Source of the DNA: Eledone cirrhosa
Taxonomy: Eukaryota
Assembly: GCA_964016885.1 (NCBI GenBank)
Contig: OZ024743.1
Coordinates: 277,450,001-277,514,000 of the forward strand
Direction of reading: 5' to 3'
Length of the DNA stretch: 64,000 bases
Positions 28,201 through 42,043 of the stretch are shown one piece after another (position 1 is the stretch's first letter; every line of letters starts with the position of its first letter). The notes under the pieces were generated by a model. That model saw only the letters and a list, made by a program, of their open reading frames with translations. It had not been told where the DNA came from and made no database searches. Position numbers and translations under genes: made by a program.

Positions 28201-29455
28201 TCTCTATATATATATACTAGAAGAAAGCCGCCCATGGAGTGTGACTTCCCCTACCTGGGGATATATTGATAGTATCGTTGATGGCGATGTTAGTTTTGTA
28301 ATTGTCGTTGTTGTTTTTGTTTTTCTCATGAGAAGGGGTTGCCAGGCCCTATCTCATTTCTGGTGTGCTCTCCCAAATCCCTTCACATGGCACAACATAG
28401 CCGATTCTAAAACAGAGAGAGGGGGGGGGGAGAAAGGACGAGAGAGAGAGAGAGACAGAGACAGAAAGGGACAAAGAGAAAGTAGGGTGAGAGAGAGAGA
28501 GGGAGAGAGAGAGAGCATAAGAGAGGGAGAGAGAGAGAGTATGTGAGAGACAGGGAAAGTGGAGAGAGAATGAGACAGTGAGATAGTAATTAGCTCTAGT
28601 ATATGACTGGTATTTTATTTATCGATCTCCAAAGGGTAAAAAAATGTTGCCCTCGGTGTGATTTAAACTTGGAGCTAAACTCCAGACAGCACACATTTGT
28701 AAGGCCTTTTACCAGCTATTTTTAACGATCCTGGTGCTGTCTTATTCCTTGTATTTGGGACTGTAGCTTTTTTCATACGGAAGTAAGAAAGAAAGGCAAA
28801 AGTCACCATTGGTAAGTTTGAAACGCAGAACGGAATATTACGTACTTTATCGCTACTCATCAGGCTTCGATTACGTCATATGATCGCAGCTTCACACCTT
28901 CCCTAAAAAAATATATATATATTTAGAGGCCCTTCAAATATTGCGCGTCCCATAACTACAGCCACATCGGTAAAAGCCCAATCCCGTTGATGCATCACTA
29001 CTTCCCACTACCGGTCCGGATACATGAAAGGCATATTCAACATGGGTGGACTTCGAACATTGAACACAAACTGAACAAAATTCAAAATGGCTACAATTCA
29101 GAAATGTCGGAAGCTCTGCAGATTCTGCCAATCAACCAACCACATTGTATAAGTAATGTTAAATTGAAAGAAAAAACAACAAACAAAAACAAAAAATATT
29201 TAAGTGACTTGACCGACATCATCTTTGATGCTTTTGATGTTGGTCATATCGTTTTCAATATTGTCATATTCAGTTAGCATTAGCTGCCTTCATCCCTTCA
29301 TTATTTTTTTTTACTCAACTAATTATTTTGTTTTTTGGTGGGCTTAGAGCCTTAGTCGCTTTCTTCTCACCTCCAACGGAGAAATATTTAGGTTATATAC
29401 ATATGTGTGCATGGGTATATATATATATATATATATGAGTGTGTGTGTGTGTGTA

Positions 29456-29532
29456 CAGAGTGTACCCCAAAAAGTATACACACTTCAACAGTATTCTAAC
29501 CAAAGTGTGTATACGTTTTATGAGACACCCTG
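29456..29532. mobile_element. About 78-bp Tc1/mariner-type MITE
   Basis: TA-CAG.GTGT.CC..AA..GTATACACAC / GTGTGTATAC..GACACCCTG-TA palindrome, with copies at 34268 and 40789. Confidence 0.7.
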
Positions 29533-30162
29533 TATGTATGTATGTATGTTCTCGTCTTATAATTTCACAAATGTTTGCCAATAGAGAGAGAGTCGGTTTC
29601 TAACATAGACACAAAACTCTCTCATTGTAATTTACACATCAACTAGGTAGATATGTATAAATGTCTGCATGCATGTCTGCATGTGTAGATATGGATGTTA
29701 TTGTATGTGTGGATGTGGATGTTTTGAGTTGTATGTGTGCATGTATATATGCCTTGTGTATGTTTGTATGTATGTATATATGTATGTATGTAAAAGGTAA
29801 GTAAAAATAACAAAACAAATGGCACAGTTGATGGAATATTTATATATACACACACATATTTTATGGATTTGGGAGCACCCTAACAGGTAACTGAAGTTGA
29901 TACCGTTAATGGTAATCTTAAGCTTGCAGGACAGATTAACTCTAAAACTGTGAGATTTGAACTCAGAACGCAAAGACACAGACGAAATACAGCAAGCCGT
30001 AACAATTTCAGGATTGTTATGTTATTTTATCTATTCTGGAAGAATACATAAGAAGACTTGAGATTTGAAGTCGGTCGCAAGGAACGAGAATAAATATCAC
30101 AAAGCATTTCGTCCGATGGTCTCACGACACCTATAAATTTGTGTCAGAATAAGGAGTAAGGT

Positions 30163-30250
<88 letters not shown>

Positions 30251-30322
30251 TTATATATAGTGAGGTTCGATTATATATCTATCTATGAATATATATGAAT
30301 TTATATGAATATATATATATAT

Positions 30323-30668
30323 CCGTGGTTTCAGCGATGAGTACGATGTCATCAGCGAAACGGAGGTGGGTAAGTATCTCGCCGTTGATGTTGACACCGC
30401 CTTGCCAGTCAATGCCTCTGATGATCTGCTCGAGACACGCGGTGAAAAGTTTTGGAGAGATCGTATCTCCTTGCTTCACTACCTTCTCGACCGGCGGAAA
30501 CGACCACTCGCAAGGCATCCACGAGGGTGGAGTAACGATTTTAAGAATACGATTGGGAATACATGGATGAGGAAAGCACGATCCAGAGAGGAATGGGCGG
30601 CGTGCTGTCACCAGCGGCGGTGAATGGACGGCCGACAGACTGGTCGGTCAAGGTGATCAAGGTGATTG
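30323..30668. mobile_element. 5'-inverted RTE LINE fragment
   Basis: The minus part encodes VKQGDTISPKLF..LRFADD. The plus part encodes the C-terminus RKRPLARHPRGWSNDF..REEW*, followed by TCAAGGTGA x2. Confidence 0.8.
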
Positions 30669-30688
30669 ATATATATATATATATATAT

Positions 30689-30934
30689 AAAGAATGAATA
30701 ATAACAGGTAAACATCATAAAAAGGTAATTTATTCTGTGTGCTTACAAATGTTTCCACGGTGGTTATACAGCCTAGTTATGCTATGTGCAAATTTATAAC
30801 TATTTGCAAAACTCAATTATCAAATGCTGTGACCACTGTATCAGAGCAGAATGGTTAAAATGTAAAAGGTAAATACCCTTAAGTGAGGTTATTGGGGAAG
30901 ATAGAGTAGAAAATGAAGAGAGAAAAGAAGGGGA

Positions 30935-30999
<65 letters not shown>

Positions 31000-31928
31000 G
31001 GGTTGGAGAAATGGGAGAGAGTGGTTTGTAGACATCTTAAAATCCAAAAATAAATTACTAAATGATAGAATCGAACGATCATTATACTGCAACCACAAAC
31101 TGAAGGCTAAATTCTCTCACTATAACTATAAAATAACTTAACATTCGAACCCGTAACTATAACATTGCTTTCTCGCTAACCACTTTCTCTTCCCCCACAC
31201 TACAAGACAATACCCTGCTTATCATTATAAATGGAAACTTAGTGCAATTTGTAGCCTACTACTATGAACTCAATGTACACCCATCCCATAGCTTTCGTCT
31301 GTCCCCTCTCTATCTCTCCCTCTCTCTCCATTCCCCCCTCTCTCTCGCCCTAGGTCCACCTCCCTCCCTCTCCACATCTATGAACCTGCCCTCTGTGGCA
31401 ATAAATAATTCCAACCTTGACTATCAACGCATCGCTTAAGGTGGTCGCTTTAAGAGTAACCAGTATAATAAAACCCCTACCACAACATTTTGATTAAGAT
31501 ATCTACAAACCACTCTCTTCCATTTCTCCGACTCCTGCATATATATATCTCTCTCTCCCTCTCCCCTTCTTTTCTCTCTTCCTTTACTACTCTATCTTCC
31601 CCAATAACCTCACTTAAGGGTATTTACATTTTACATTTTAACCATTCTGCTCTGATGATACAGTGGTCACAGCATTTAATAATTGAGTTTTGCAAATAGT
31701 TATAAATTTGCACATAGCATAACTAGGCTGTATAACCACCGTGGAAACATTTGTAAGCACACAGAATAAATTACCTTTTTATGATGTCTACCTGTTATTA
31801 TTCATTCTTTATCTACACTCCGGATTCAACTATTCTTCCATAACTCGTTGAGTAACCTCTCACCGTACGTCAACTCTATCCAGTGTAGTAATTAACCATT
31901 ACTGCATCCAGGATAATCCTATACCTAA
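30689..31928 (+). mobile_element. PLE remnant with inverted pLTR (arms 30689-31045 and 31490-31811) and 3' tail
   Basis: Long inverted repeat, an HHR in the right arm, a roughly 115-nt one-sided tail and TA flanks. Confidence 0.75.
31648..31759 (+). ncRNA. Type I hammerhead motif with an extended (about 85-nt) stem II
   Basis: TGCT CTGATGA TACAGTGGT..ACCACCGTG GAAAC ATTT GTA AGCA. Confidence 0.6.
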
Positions 31929-31944
31929 TATATATATATATATA

Positions 31945-32668
31945 TCAACTAGAAATAGATTGACACATATATATATAAAATAAACACATGAAACAATCTC
32001 AGGGAATAATTTGTAAAGTGTTGTAGCACACATAGCTAGGTAGGTAACTAATTAAAGTTTAACTAGAACTTCAAATATAGATACCTTTTAAAATGACTAA
32101 TCTCCTTTGTATATATTTCTTTAAATAAAAAAATATATTTGACCAATTAACCAGTAAATCACAGCGGTCAAAAACCGGATGGTCACCAAAGGAGAAGATC
32201 CAACCATCTGCGTTTACACATCAAATGCAAATTTGTGAATGACTCGAACCACGTGTTGCATTTTATAAAACAATACAGACATCGCACCGCATCATCCCAG
32301 TGGCGTGAATAGGAACATCGACAGTTAGAAATAGCAGCCGAGTCCATTCAACTGAATTAGCTCTACAATCACGGGGCCGTATATATATATCCAAAATTAA
32401 ATTAAGGTTGTCATGTCTGAGAGACATGCGCCATATTCACTGCAGAATAAGCTCAAAGATTCCAATGAATAGATCCGAGCATTTTATATCAACTAGAAAT
32501 TGATTGACATATATATATATATAAAATAAACACATGAAACAATCTCAGGGAATAATTTGTAAAGTGTGTAAGTACACATAGCTAGGTAGGTAACTAATTA
32601 AAGTTTAACTAGAACTTCAAATATAGATACCTTTTAAAATGATTAATCTTCTTTGTATATATTTCTTT
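31945..32668. mobile_element. Terminally redundant element (544-bp unit, about 178-bp direct repeat)
   Basis: 31945-32122 is repeated at 32489-32668. It starts in (TA)n. Confidence 0.6.
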
Positions 32669-33600
32669 GCCCAGGAAGCCCTTAACAACTGCCTTGAAAT
32701 AGTTCCATGCTGTTCTCTCAATCCTATTGAGCTTATTGGAGAACTCGCTAGACTCAAACACCTTCTTCATCTGAGGCCCAACAAAAATTCCACCTTTCAT
32801 TTTGGCCTCAGATAACTTGGAGAAGAACTCAAGAGGGTACTTAAAAGCGGCTGATTCTTGGTTGAGAGCCTTCACAAACTGCTTCATCAACACCAACTTA
32901 ATGTGCAGTGGCGGCATGAGCACAATCCTGGGATCAACCAGTGGCTCCCACATGACGTTCCGGGTCCCAACTACAAATTCTGTTCGCTGCTCCCAGTTCT
33001 TTCTTTTGTAGTGGTCAGAGGTGGCTCTGCTGTCCCAAAAGCAGAGGAAGCATTGGAATTTGATAAAGCCTCCTTGGAGTCCAAGCAGGAAAGCCACCAT
33101 CTTGAAGTCTCCAATGATTTTCCAATTGTACTGGTTGTAATACAGAGCTTCCAAGAGGACTTTCAAACTGTAGTAATCTTCCTTCAGGCAGACTGAATGA
33201 GCTAGGGGCAGTGTCGGGAACTTGTTTCCATTGTGGAGGAGGACAGCCTTCAAACTTGTGGTGGAGCTGTCTATAAATAGCCGCCACTCTTTGGGCACAG
33301 ACAGCACCCCAATAACGTCAAACAGGCTTGGCACGTCATGGCAGAAGCAGAGGCCATCCCTGAGAAAGGTTCGTGTCGACTTCTCTGACTTGTCACCTGC
33401 ACTTTCTCCTTGACTAAGTTCCACTGCTTCATCCCGGAGACGAATAGCTCTGCATTGGACTTGGTCAGACCCATATACCTGACCAAGTCATTGACTTCTT
33501 TTTGGTTTGGGAAGTAAGGAACTTTTTCTGGTACCTCAGGCAGGTAATCCAAGTCATCAGCATCCATTTCCTCCTCTTCCTCAGAGTACTTGTCTTGGAA
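32669..33600 (-). pseudogene. Chapaev3-like (CMC superfamily) DNA transposase fragment
   Basis: Motifs RLFIDSS..SLKAVLLHNGN, GDFK..LLGLQGG..CFLC.WDSR, PPLHIKL.LMKQFVKAL and GIFVGPQ are present. There is a frameshift near 33370 and a splice-acceptor-like TTTTCCAAG near 33596. Confidence 0.75.
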
Positions 33601-34267
33601 AATAAATTTGATATGCAATACAAAATAAATATTGGAAAGGGAAATACATATTTAAATAATATAAAAGAACACTAATCATACTAATGAAAATTCGTGCTTA
33701 AAACACAACTTACCCTTTATTCAGGGTGCGAAAATCCAGTATCAATAAATCTCTTTAATCCACTTTTTAACAATTTTATATTTTATTGCACTTTTATAAT
33801 TTTCTTTAGGTATTACTCTTTATTTTATAATTTTAATTTAACCTGAAACATATATTAAAAAAATCATTTAACATAAGCAAATTAAACTTACATACAACGT
33901 AAAATCCAGCATACAAATAATTCCAATGAATAGCTTAGAATTTTTACAAACCCAAAATGTAACTGTTTAATAGCACTTGTTTTATTTATTTGGGACCTAA
34001 GTAACACCAAAAAAGTGATTACAAGCCAGGAACAGAGAAAAAAAAAATTTTTGTTACACGATTTTATCTGTTTAGCCTCCATGAATTATGTCAATCAGTT
34101 CATGCCTATGTCTATGTCTATCTCCCTGTCAATATGTCAGTCTGTATGTCAATCTGACTGTGTTTTTCTGTTTCTTTGTCTCTCTGTCCCTCTGCTTGTC
34201 TCACACTTTGGCCTGTCTCTCTTTATCTGCCTGAATCTGTCTGAGTATGTCTATCTTCATATATATA

Positions 34268-34341
34268 CAGGGTGTCCCAAAAATGTATACACACTTCAAC
34301 AGCATTCTGATCAAAGTGTGTATACATTTCTTTGGGACACC

Positions 34342-34344
<3 letters not shown>
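34268..34344. mobile_element. About 78-bp Tc1/mariner-type MITE
   Basis: CAGGGTGTCCCAAAAATGTATACACAC..GTGTGTATACATTTCTTTGGGACACCTTG. Confidence 0.75.
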
Positions 34345-34379
<35 letters not shown>

Positions 34380-34380
<1 letters not shown>

Positions 34381-34695
34381 GGAGGTGAGTTTTATTGTAG
34401 CACAATAAAGCAATGCAAATATCGGATAAGTAGCACTCTACAGTTTGTAGGACTGGAGTATAAATAATATAAGTTCAAAGATGGTTAAAAGAGTTCCAAG
34501 TATTTTATTATGCGCATTTCAAAAACAAATATCATCGTGGGATCATATCTGCGTTCTCATTCACAAGTGTTTTTTAAGCTTCATATCATGTATCCCTATT
34601 TTATCTGATGAGAACGCATATATCATCCCATGATGATATTTGTTTTTGAAATGTGCATTATAAAATACTTGGAACTCTTTTAACCATCTTTTGAT

Positions 34696-34700
<5 letters not shown>
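34380..34700. mobile_element. Short fold-back PLE-pLTR-like element with HHR
   Basis: Arms about 34468-34560 and 34608-34700, tail 34380-34467, (TA)n on both sides. Confidence 0.75.
34597..34667 (+). ncRNA. Type I hammerhead motif
   Basis: TATTTTAT CTGATGA [stem II] GAAAT GTGC ATT ATAAAATA has an 8-bp stem I. The mirror arm has the palindromic ATGCGCAT stem III. Confidence 0.65.
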
Positions 34701-34746
<46 letters not shown>

Positions 34747-34810
34747 CGGCGATGAAACAGTGAGTGTGTTCTGTTATTAATTCTGGCAATATTACACAAA
34801 TATGACCCTC

Positions 34811-34813
<3 letters not shown>
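34747..34813 (+). mobile_element. Micro-fragment of the Naiad-like pLTR in (TA)n
   Basis: ACAGTGAGTGTGTTCTGTTATTAATTCTGGCAATATTAC.CAAATATGACCCTCCC matches 59195-59250. The leading CGGCGATGAA is the reverse complement of the element's terminal TTCATCGCCG. Confidence 0.75.
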
Positions 34814-34902
<89 letters not shown>

Positions 34903-34947
34903 CCACTGGTGTGTATGTAATTATGTTTATAATTTTTCTTCTGATGT

Positions 34948-35034
<87 letters not shown>

Positions 35035-35589
35035 ACAATCGAACTATCTATCATATTTTATCTGTTAGTCAATAACTGTCTAAACAATATCTTCAGCCAT
35101 ACCTTTCTAAATAAATTAGATACCTGAGGTAACTAACAATACCCACAACCACCTACCTATTTACACCCCCACAACATCCTCATCCCACCCACATCAATAT
35201 CACTACCATTAACAGTAGTAGTAAAGATGTATACAGTGTACTAAATTCGTCTCCCGTGTGTGTGATATCAGGAATTTGAACGAAACTGATAGATCAAAGA
35301 ACTCACAACCATTCCATTAGAGAAGATGATTGGTAGCAATTATAGGACTTGCCGTCTAGTGCGGACAGCAGCAGCACAAGTTTCCTCACAAATTCCTCAC
35401 AGAAACAAAAGACTTTTACATACAGCTCTGGTATTAAATCTATTATAAAAATTAGAGGTAAGAAGCGTGGGTGGTAGCAATGATAATGGTGGTTGGAGTG
35501 ACGGTGATGACCGCGATGGCGGTGGAGACCTTATTGTTGGTGATGGCGCTGGTTGGTCTTGATGGCTAAGGTAACCATATTATTGTTGT

Positions 35590-36575
35590 GGTTGGTGGTG
35601 GTGGTGGTGGCTGTGATGGCCATATTGTTGTTATTGGTGCTGGTGGTGATTAGTGTTGATAGAGGGTCGATTGACTATGTTGTTGTTGTTGTTATTGTTG
35701 TTGAGGGTGGAAGTAGAGGTGGTGGTAGAGGTGATAGTGGTGGTAGTGGTGGTAGTGGTGGTAGTGGTGGTAGTGGTGGTGGTGGTGGTGGTAGTGGTGG
35801 TAGTGATGGTAGTGGTGGTGGTAGTGGTAGTGGTGGTGGTAGTGGTGGCGGTAGTGGTGGTTGTGGTGGTGGTAGTGGTTGTGGTAGTGGTGATGGAGGT
35901 TGTGGTAGTGGTGGTAGTGATGGTTGTGGTGGTGGTGGTGGTGGTTGAAGTGGTAGTTGTGGTGATAAACGAATATTGACTTATTGAAGAGTAAGTACAA
36001 AATAGTATTTGAACGTTACCAACCAGCATCTACCTCTCGTCAACCATTCCACCCAAGCCCTTCCACACCACTGATTCCTGGACCCCCCACCCCACTTCCA
36101 CCACCACCACCATCATCGTTATCACCATCCTCCTCCTCCTCTTCATCATCATCATCGTCACCATCACCATCATCATCGTTATCATCATCATCATCCTCAT
36201 CATCACCATCGTCATTAACATCATCATCATCATCATCAATGTACCCCCCCCCCCCGCTCCTCTCTATACATACTTTGTTCATAATTCTACATGATAACTG
36301 TGCCTCGAAGCCAACATGCTGATATAGCTGTTTCTCCAACTAATGTCGGCCCCCGCCGTCACCACTACACCATGATTATCACTATTACAGCCACCACCAC
36401 CACCATTACCACCACCACCATTACCACCACCACCATTACCACCACCACCACCACCACCACCACCACCACCATTACCAACACCGTCACCAAGAACCAGCAC
36501 CGCCACCACCACCACAACCACTACCACCGCCACCACCACCACCACCACCACCACCACCACCATCACCACCACCAT
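35590..36575. repeat. (GGT/AGT)n, (CAT)n and (CAC)n trinucleotide arrays
   Basis: Read directly from the sequence. Confidence 0.9.
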
Positions 36576-36718
36576 TGGTATATATATGTCGGTATGTGTA
36601 TGTGTGTTCCACTCATTAATATGCTTGTACATACAAACACACACTAACACACACAAGCACACACTTATACACACACATAAATGCATGGATTTATATATGT
36701 GCATATACGCAAATAAGA

Positions 36719-36833
36719 AATTGACAATATAGTTTTATATAAATTTACATATACCTACAAAGACATACACACACACACATATATGTGTGTATATATATAT
36801 ATATGCGTATGTTTATATATATATATAAACATA

Positions 36834-36887
<54 letters not shown>

Positions 36888-36950
36888 TTTGTGTGTGTGT
36901 ATGTCTTTGTAGGTATATGTAAATTTATATAAAAACTATATTGTCAATTT
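36719..36950. repeat. Fold-back inverted duplication centred in (TA)n
   Basis: AATTGACAATATAGTTTT..CCTACAAAGACATAC is mirrored by GTATGTCTTTGTAGG..AAAACTATATTGTCAATT. Confidence 0.8.
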
Positions 36951-36964
36951 ATATATATATATAT

Positions 36965-37005
<41 letters not shown>

Positions 37006-37012
37006 TTTATGC

Positions 37013-37061
<49 letters not shown>

Positions 37062-37095
37062 CACACATACACACATATATGTATGAATGTATGTA

Positions 37096-37137
<42 letters not shown>

Positions 37138-37252
37138 TATATACCCATAAAAAGGTTGAACTGAGAACACTGTTGAACTCTCATACGTCGATATAGGGCG
37201 AGAGGGATCCATTATATATATATATACATTTATATATATATATGTAGATATA

Positions 37253-37338
<86 letters not shown>

Positions 37339-37379
37339 CGTATATATATATATATATATATATATAAATTCATACACAC

Positions 37380-37461
<82 letters not shown>

Positions 37462-37763
37462 GTATATATATGTATATATGTGTGCGAATAAGTGTGTGCG
37501 TATATGTGTCAATGTGTGTGCATATGTCCATTTTTATTGTTCTTATTGTCTTTTGTTATTTTATTAGTATTTTTTACTCTATTTTATTATACTTTTGTTT
37601 ATTTAAATATATTTTTTATTAGTCTTTTTGTTATATTTTATGTATTATTTTCGCAACTAAATTAGTGACTTCACTTGCTGGTGTCTTTTATGGTTATTAT
37701 ATTGGTCAGTACCAATAATTACTGTTGCCGCTACTGCTGCTACTACTACTGCTGCTGCTGCTG

Positions 37764-37823
<60 letters not shown>

Positions 37824-37853
37824 ATATTGCTGCTACTACTACTACTGCTGTTG

Positions 37854-37907
<54 letters not shown>

Positions 37908-37908
37908 T

Positions 37909-37941
<33 letters not shown>

Positions 37942-38131
37942 GAGGCAACACCGCCACCACCACATCACTACAAAATCATATTTTCTATTTCTCCATCATT
38001 CCCGACACCACCTCACCATTCCAACACCCCGTCTCACTACGCACCCTACGTAACCCCTATCCCTACTCCACCATAACCCTACTCCCTCATTAATATTTCC
38101 TTAATATACATTTTATTATTATTATTTCCTT

Positions 38132-38196
<65 letters not shown>

Positions 38197-38201
38197 TTAT
38201 A

Positions 38202-38240
<39 letters not shown>

Positions 38241-38250
38241 GTGTGTGTGC

Positions 38251-38282
<32 letters not shown>

Positions 38283-38290
38283 GTTTGTGT

Positions 38291-38347
<57 letters not shown>

Positions 38348-38593
38348 GTCATAATCTCAGATTGAAAGATCAACGAAACTTTTTAGATGCGTCTTTGGTC
38401 TTGGCTTTCTCTCTTCCTCTCTAAATCTCCACTCCAATCTTATTTTCCTCCTCTTCGCACCATCTCCCCATTTATCTATTCACATATGTATGCAAGTCTG
38501 TACGTATGTATGTATATACCTATATCTATTTCTCTTTCACACTTTCACTCTGTACTTTAGTCTGTGTTTCTCTCTCTCTCTCTCTCTCTTTGT

Positions 38594-38697
<104 letters not shown>

Positions 38698-39222
38698 TTT
38701 TTGCTCTTTCACACAAATACAATAATACACTCTGTGGCTCTCTTATTACATTCACATACACACACACACGCACACAAGTAGACTCAATCATTCACTCATA
38801 TATCACTAAACCAAACAAAACCAGATCAGACCAGACCAAACCAAACCAGACCAGGCCAGACCAACCTAATGGCTCCTTACAGATGAAGTAAAAACCCTCC
38901 AGCAAGTTATCAAATAATAGTTATTTCATTAGTGAGTCGCGAAACATGGGCTGTTCTCATAAATACATAGTACCGCACCACTATGCCAACACTGTTCTGT
39001 ATTTAGATATGGAAATATGGTTGGGGTAAACTATAATGACATATTTCCCAAAGCAGTATCATTCTCTTTCATGTTCTCAAATCATGGGGTTGGACATCTA
39101 TCTCTTCTAAATCAGTTAACCACTAGCCATTGCTAAACAACGCCGCTGTGTCGGCCCAATGACGGAGACTCTCAATAGGAGAAAATAAACTGGTTAAAAA
39201 TAGAATCCAAATTTTCCTTAAA

Positions 39223-39290
<68 letters not shown>

Positions 39291-39454
39291 CTACCACCAC
39301 CAACAACAACAGCAGCAACAACAACAACGACGACGTCGATAACAATACAAATAGTGACAATACTAGCAACAGCAACACCACAGTCGATCGACCTGCTAGG
39401 AATATATACCAAATCTCTCCATCTTAAAATAAAAGAAGCACTCAATGGTTAATA

Positions 39455-39631
39455 CGAGAGTCGTCTGAAAAGTTCATAAGGTGACCAAGATAATCTCATG
39501 GAAAGACCAAATGACGTTCATTTTTTCAAGCTAGTCATGGAGAGAAACAATGCAGTAATTAAGTTGAAATTAATACTTGCAAGATTTCACAGCTCTAGAG
39601 TCAGGCTATGAATCTTTCGGCTGATTCTCAT
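39455..39631. mobile_element. Mariner-derived MITE
   Basis: Imperfect TIRs TA-CGAGAGTCGTCTGAAAAGTTCATA and TATGAATCTTTCGGCTGATTCTCA. Confidence 0.55.
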
Positions 39632-39941
39632 GTAGTTAGTTTGAAAAATTAAAAGAAATGTGTTTATGGGTTTGATTATAGATCTTTGATTATAAGTTCC
39701 TCGATCACAGCTGATTTGGGACTAAACAACATCTCAGCAAACGTAGGAGCTTCTATTAAGCCATCCATCCTGCTGGACATAACAGCCAAGTCTACTCCAA
39801 ATTTCATATCCTACTAAATATACGACACATTGGATAATGTAGTGACGGCACCTATAGAAATACGAGAATGTCACAACTAGAATGGCTGTCAACACTGGAA
39901 TGTTCGTTCAATATTGCCATGGGGATAAACAGCAGTATCAT

Positions 39942-39972
<31 letters not shown>

Positions 39973-40326
39973 AGCAGCAAGAGCAGCAACAACTACAACA
40001 ATGATAAAACAAGAACGAAAAGATCATTGTCCCATTGTCACGTTGAAACATCGCGACCCCGTTGAAAGAATATATATATATAGAGAAAAAGTAGGATTGG
40101 AAACAGCACACTCATACCCTCTAAAACCTTATTCCTGAAATTAGAAATTCTTTTACAATCTTATGCATTTGACAATCCTATATACCTTTCTCTAGCTTGC
40201 ATTTCCCCTCTTCGCTACCCCCAACTGAACTCTTGACCAGTTATTTAACACAATTGAGATACACACATATATACAGAAAAATTCCTCTCCTTAAAAACAC
40301 TTTTGTTCTGTGAAAAGACACAACTT

Positions 40327-40378
<52 letters not shown>

Positions 40379-40788
40379 AACTACCTCTCTCTATATATAT
40401 ATAAGGTTCCTTTTTAGACCCAGTCTTCCTGCCAACATGATAGATGAATAGACCTTCTTCAAAACTTAATTTAAAATTTAAAATTTTTAAGTCTTTTTTA
40501 AATTCTTTTTAATTGTAATTATTTAATATTTGATAAGATGGATTACATCGATACATCGAAACCAGTAATCTTTCATATATTTTGTATACTTCATAAAACT
40601 CCTTTTTATAAAAAACATCGTTCTTCTAATTTTTTCAGTAATGTCACTTTGACAGATCAAAGAAGTAAAAAAGAAAGAGATCCTTTAAATATATTTTTCG
40701 TGCTGTTTGCAATCCTACTTTTTCTCTATAACCTCTGTTTGTATAGAACCTCACTCCCTTTTCAAATGCATACATATATATATATATA

Positions 40789-40863
40789 CAGGGTGTCCCC
40801 CCAAAATGTATACACACTTTGATTAGAATGCGGTTGAAGTATGTATACATTTTGGGGATCCCC

Positions 40864-40865
<2 letters not shown>
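40789..40865. mobile_element. About 78-bp Tc1/mariner-type MITE
   Basis: Third copy of the CAGGGTGTCCC palindrome. Confidence 0.65.
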
Positions 40866-40921
<56 letters not shown>

Positions 40922-40999
40922 TTTGGTAAATCACTGATGAGGGACTCATTTTATAACATGTTATCCATGTGCAACCAGCAGTATTCTTCTCACCCATAT

Positions 41000-41046
<47 letters not shown>

Positions 41047-41049
<3 letters not shown>

Positions 41050-41656
41050 TGGCTGCCAACTCGTTTTCGAGTACGGCCACTACTTTATATCCATGTAGGA
41101 GAACCCCTACCGATGTGCTGAACGAGTGTGACTTTTTAGTCCAGCCAGTGACTTGAAAACTCTGGTACAAACACTACACTTGTGACAATTATTGACACAT
41201 AGTGCTGGGCCCATGGTACCATGTGATGACAAGTGCAGAGAGATCTCCAGATATAAAGCAATGCCTGTGCCGTGAAGCTTTTATAGTGAGCAAAGGCACT
41301 GCACAAAGCCAGTCCCACTCTCTTAAACAAGATGATATTTACCAAAAAGAAGAACACTTCAACATCATTGGATACCATCAGGGTTGCAGGTGTTATATCA
41401 GAGTTTTCCTTCTCCTAGAATTCTGCCTAGACAAAGGCTAAGGGGTCATCTCTCCCGGTGATTTTGGATGGCCATTGACTCTTAAGAGCTCCTTTGCCCT
41501 TTGACAGGTTTTGTTTTTAGTCCTGCAGGATGTCCAAAGTCACCCTCCTCACCAAGAAACCTTGGTGGGGTTGCCAGTTTAGTCGCCAACGACCCGACCA
41601 TGAGACCGGTTGTACTGGGATACATGTTACCAGTAGCACCAACTGGTGACCTGACA
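41047..41656 (-). mobile_element. Non-autonomous RTE-derived element, copy 3
   Basis: Reverse complement of 24424-25030, flanked by (TA)n. Confidence 0.8.
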
Positions 41657-41837
41657 TATATATATATACAAAATAACGTACTGTTGAAGTAGTTATAATC
41701 TTCAATTTGATTCTTATTAGTGTAGCTGCTGGTAAATGTTTCCCGTACACAGGAGGATTTTACCTGATTTTCTAAGGTGCAATTTAAGGTTTAATATATC
41801 GTATGTTTGCAGTTATTTTCTGCGGATGAAAGTCTTA

Positions 41838-41929
<92 letters not shown>

Positions 41930-41941
41930 CTCTCTCTCCCC

Positions 41942-41973
<32 letters not shown>

Positions 41974-41989
41974 ATCTTTCTCTCTCTAT

Positions 41990-42043
<54 letters not shown>

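Noticed and set aside
35553-38093. Gly-, Thr-, Ser- and Leu-rich ORFs
   Set aside because: Trinucleotide repeats that are open in several frames on both strands.
40934-40945. Isolated CTGATGA
   Set aside because: No downstream stem II or GAAA, so it is not called a ribozyme.
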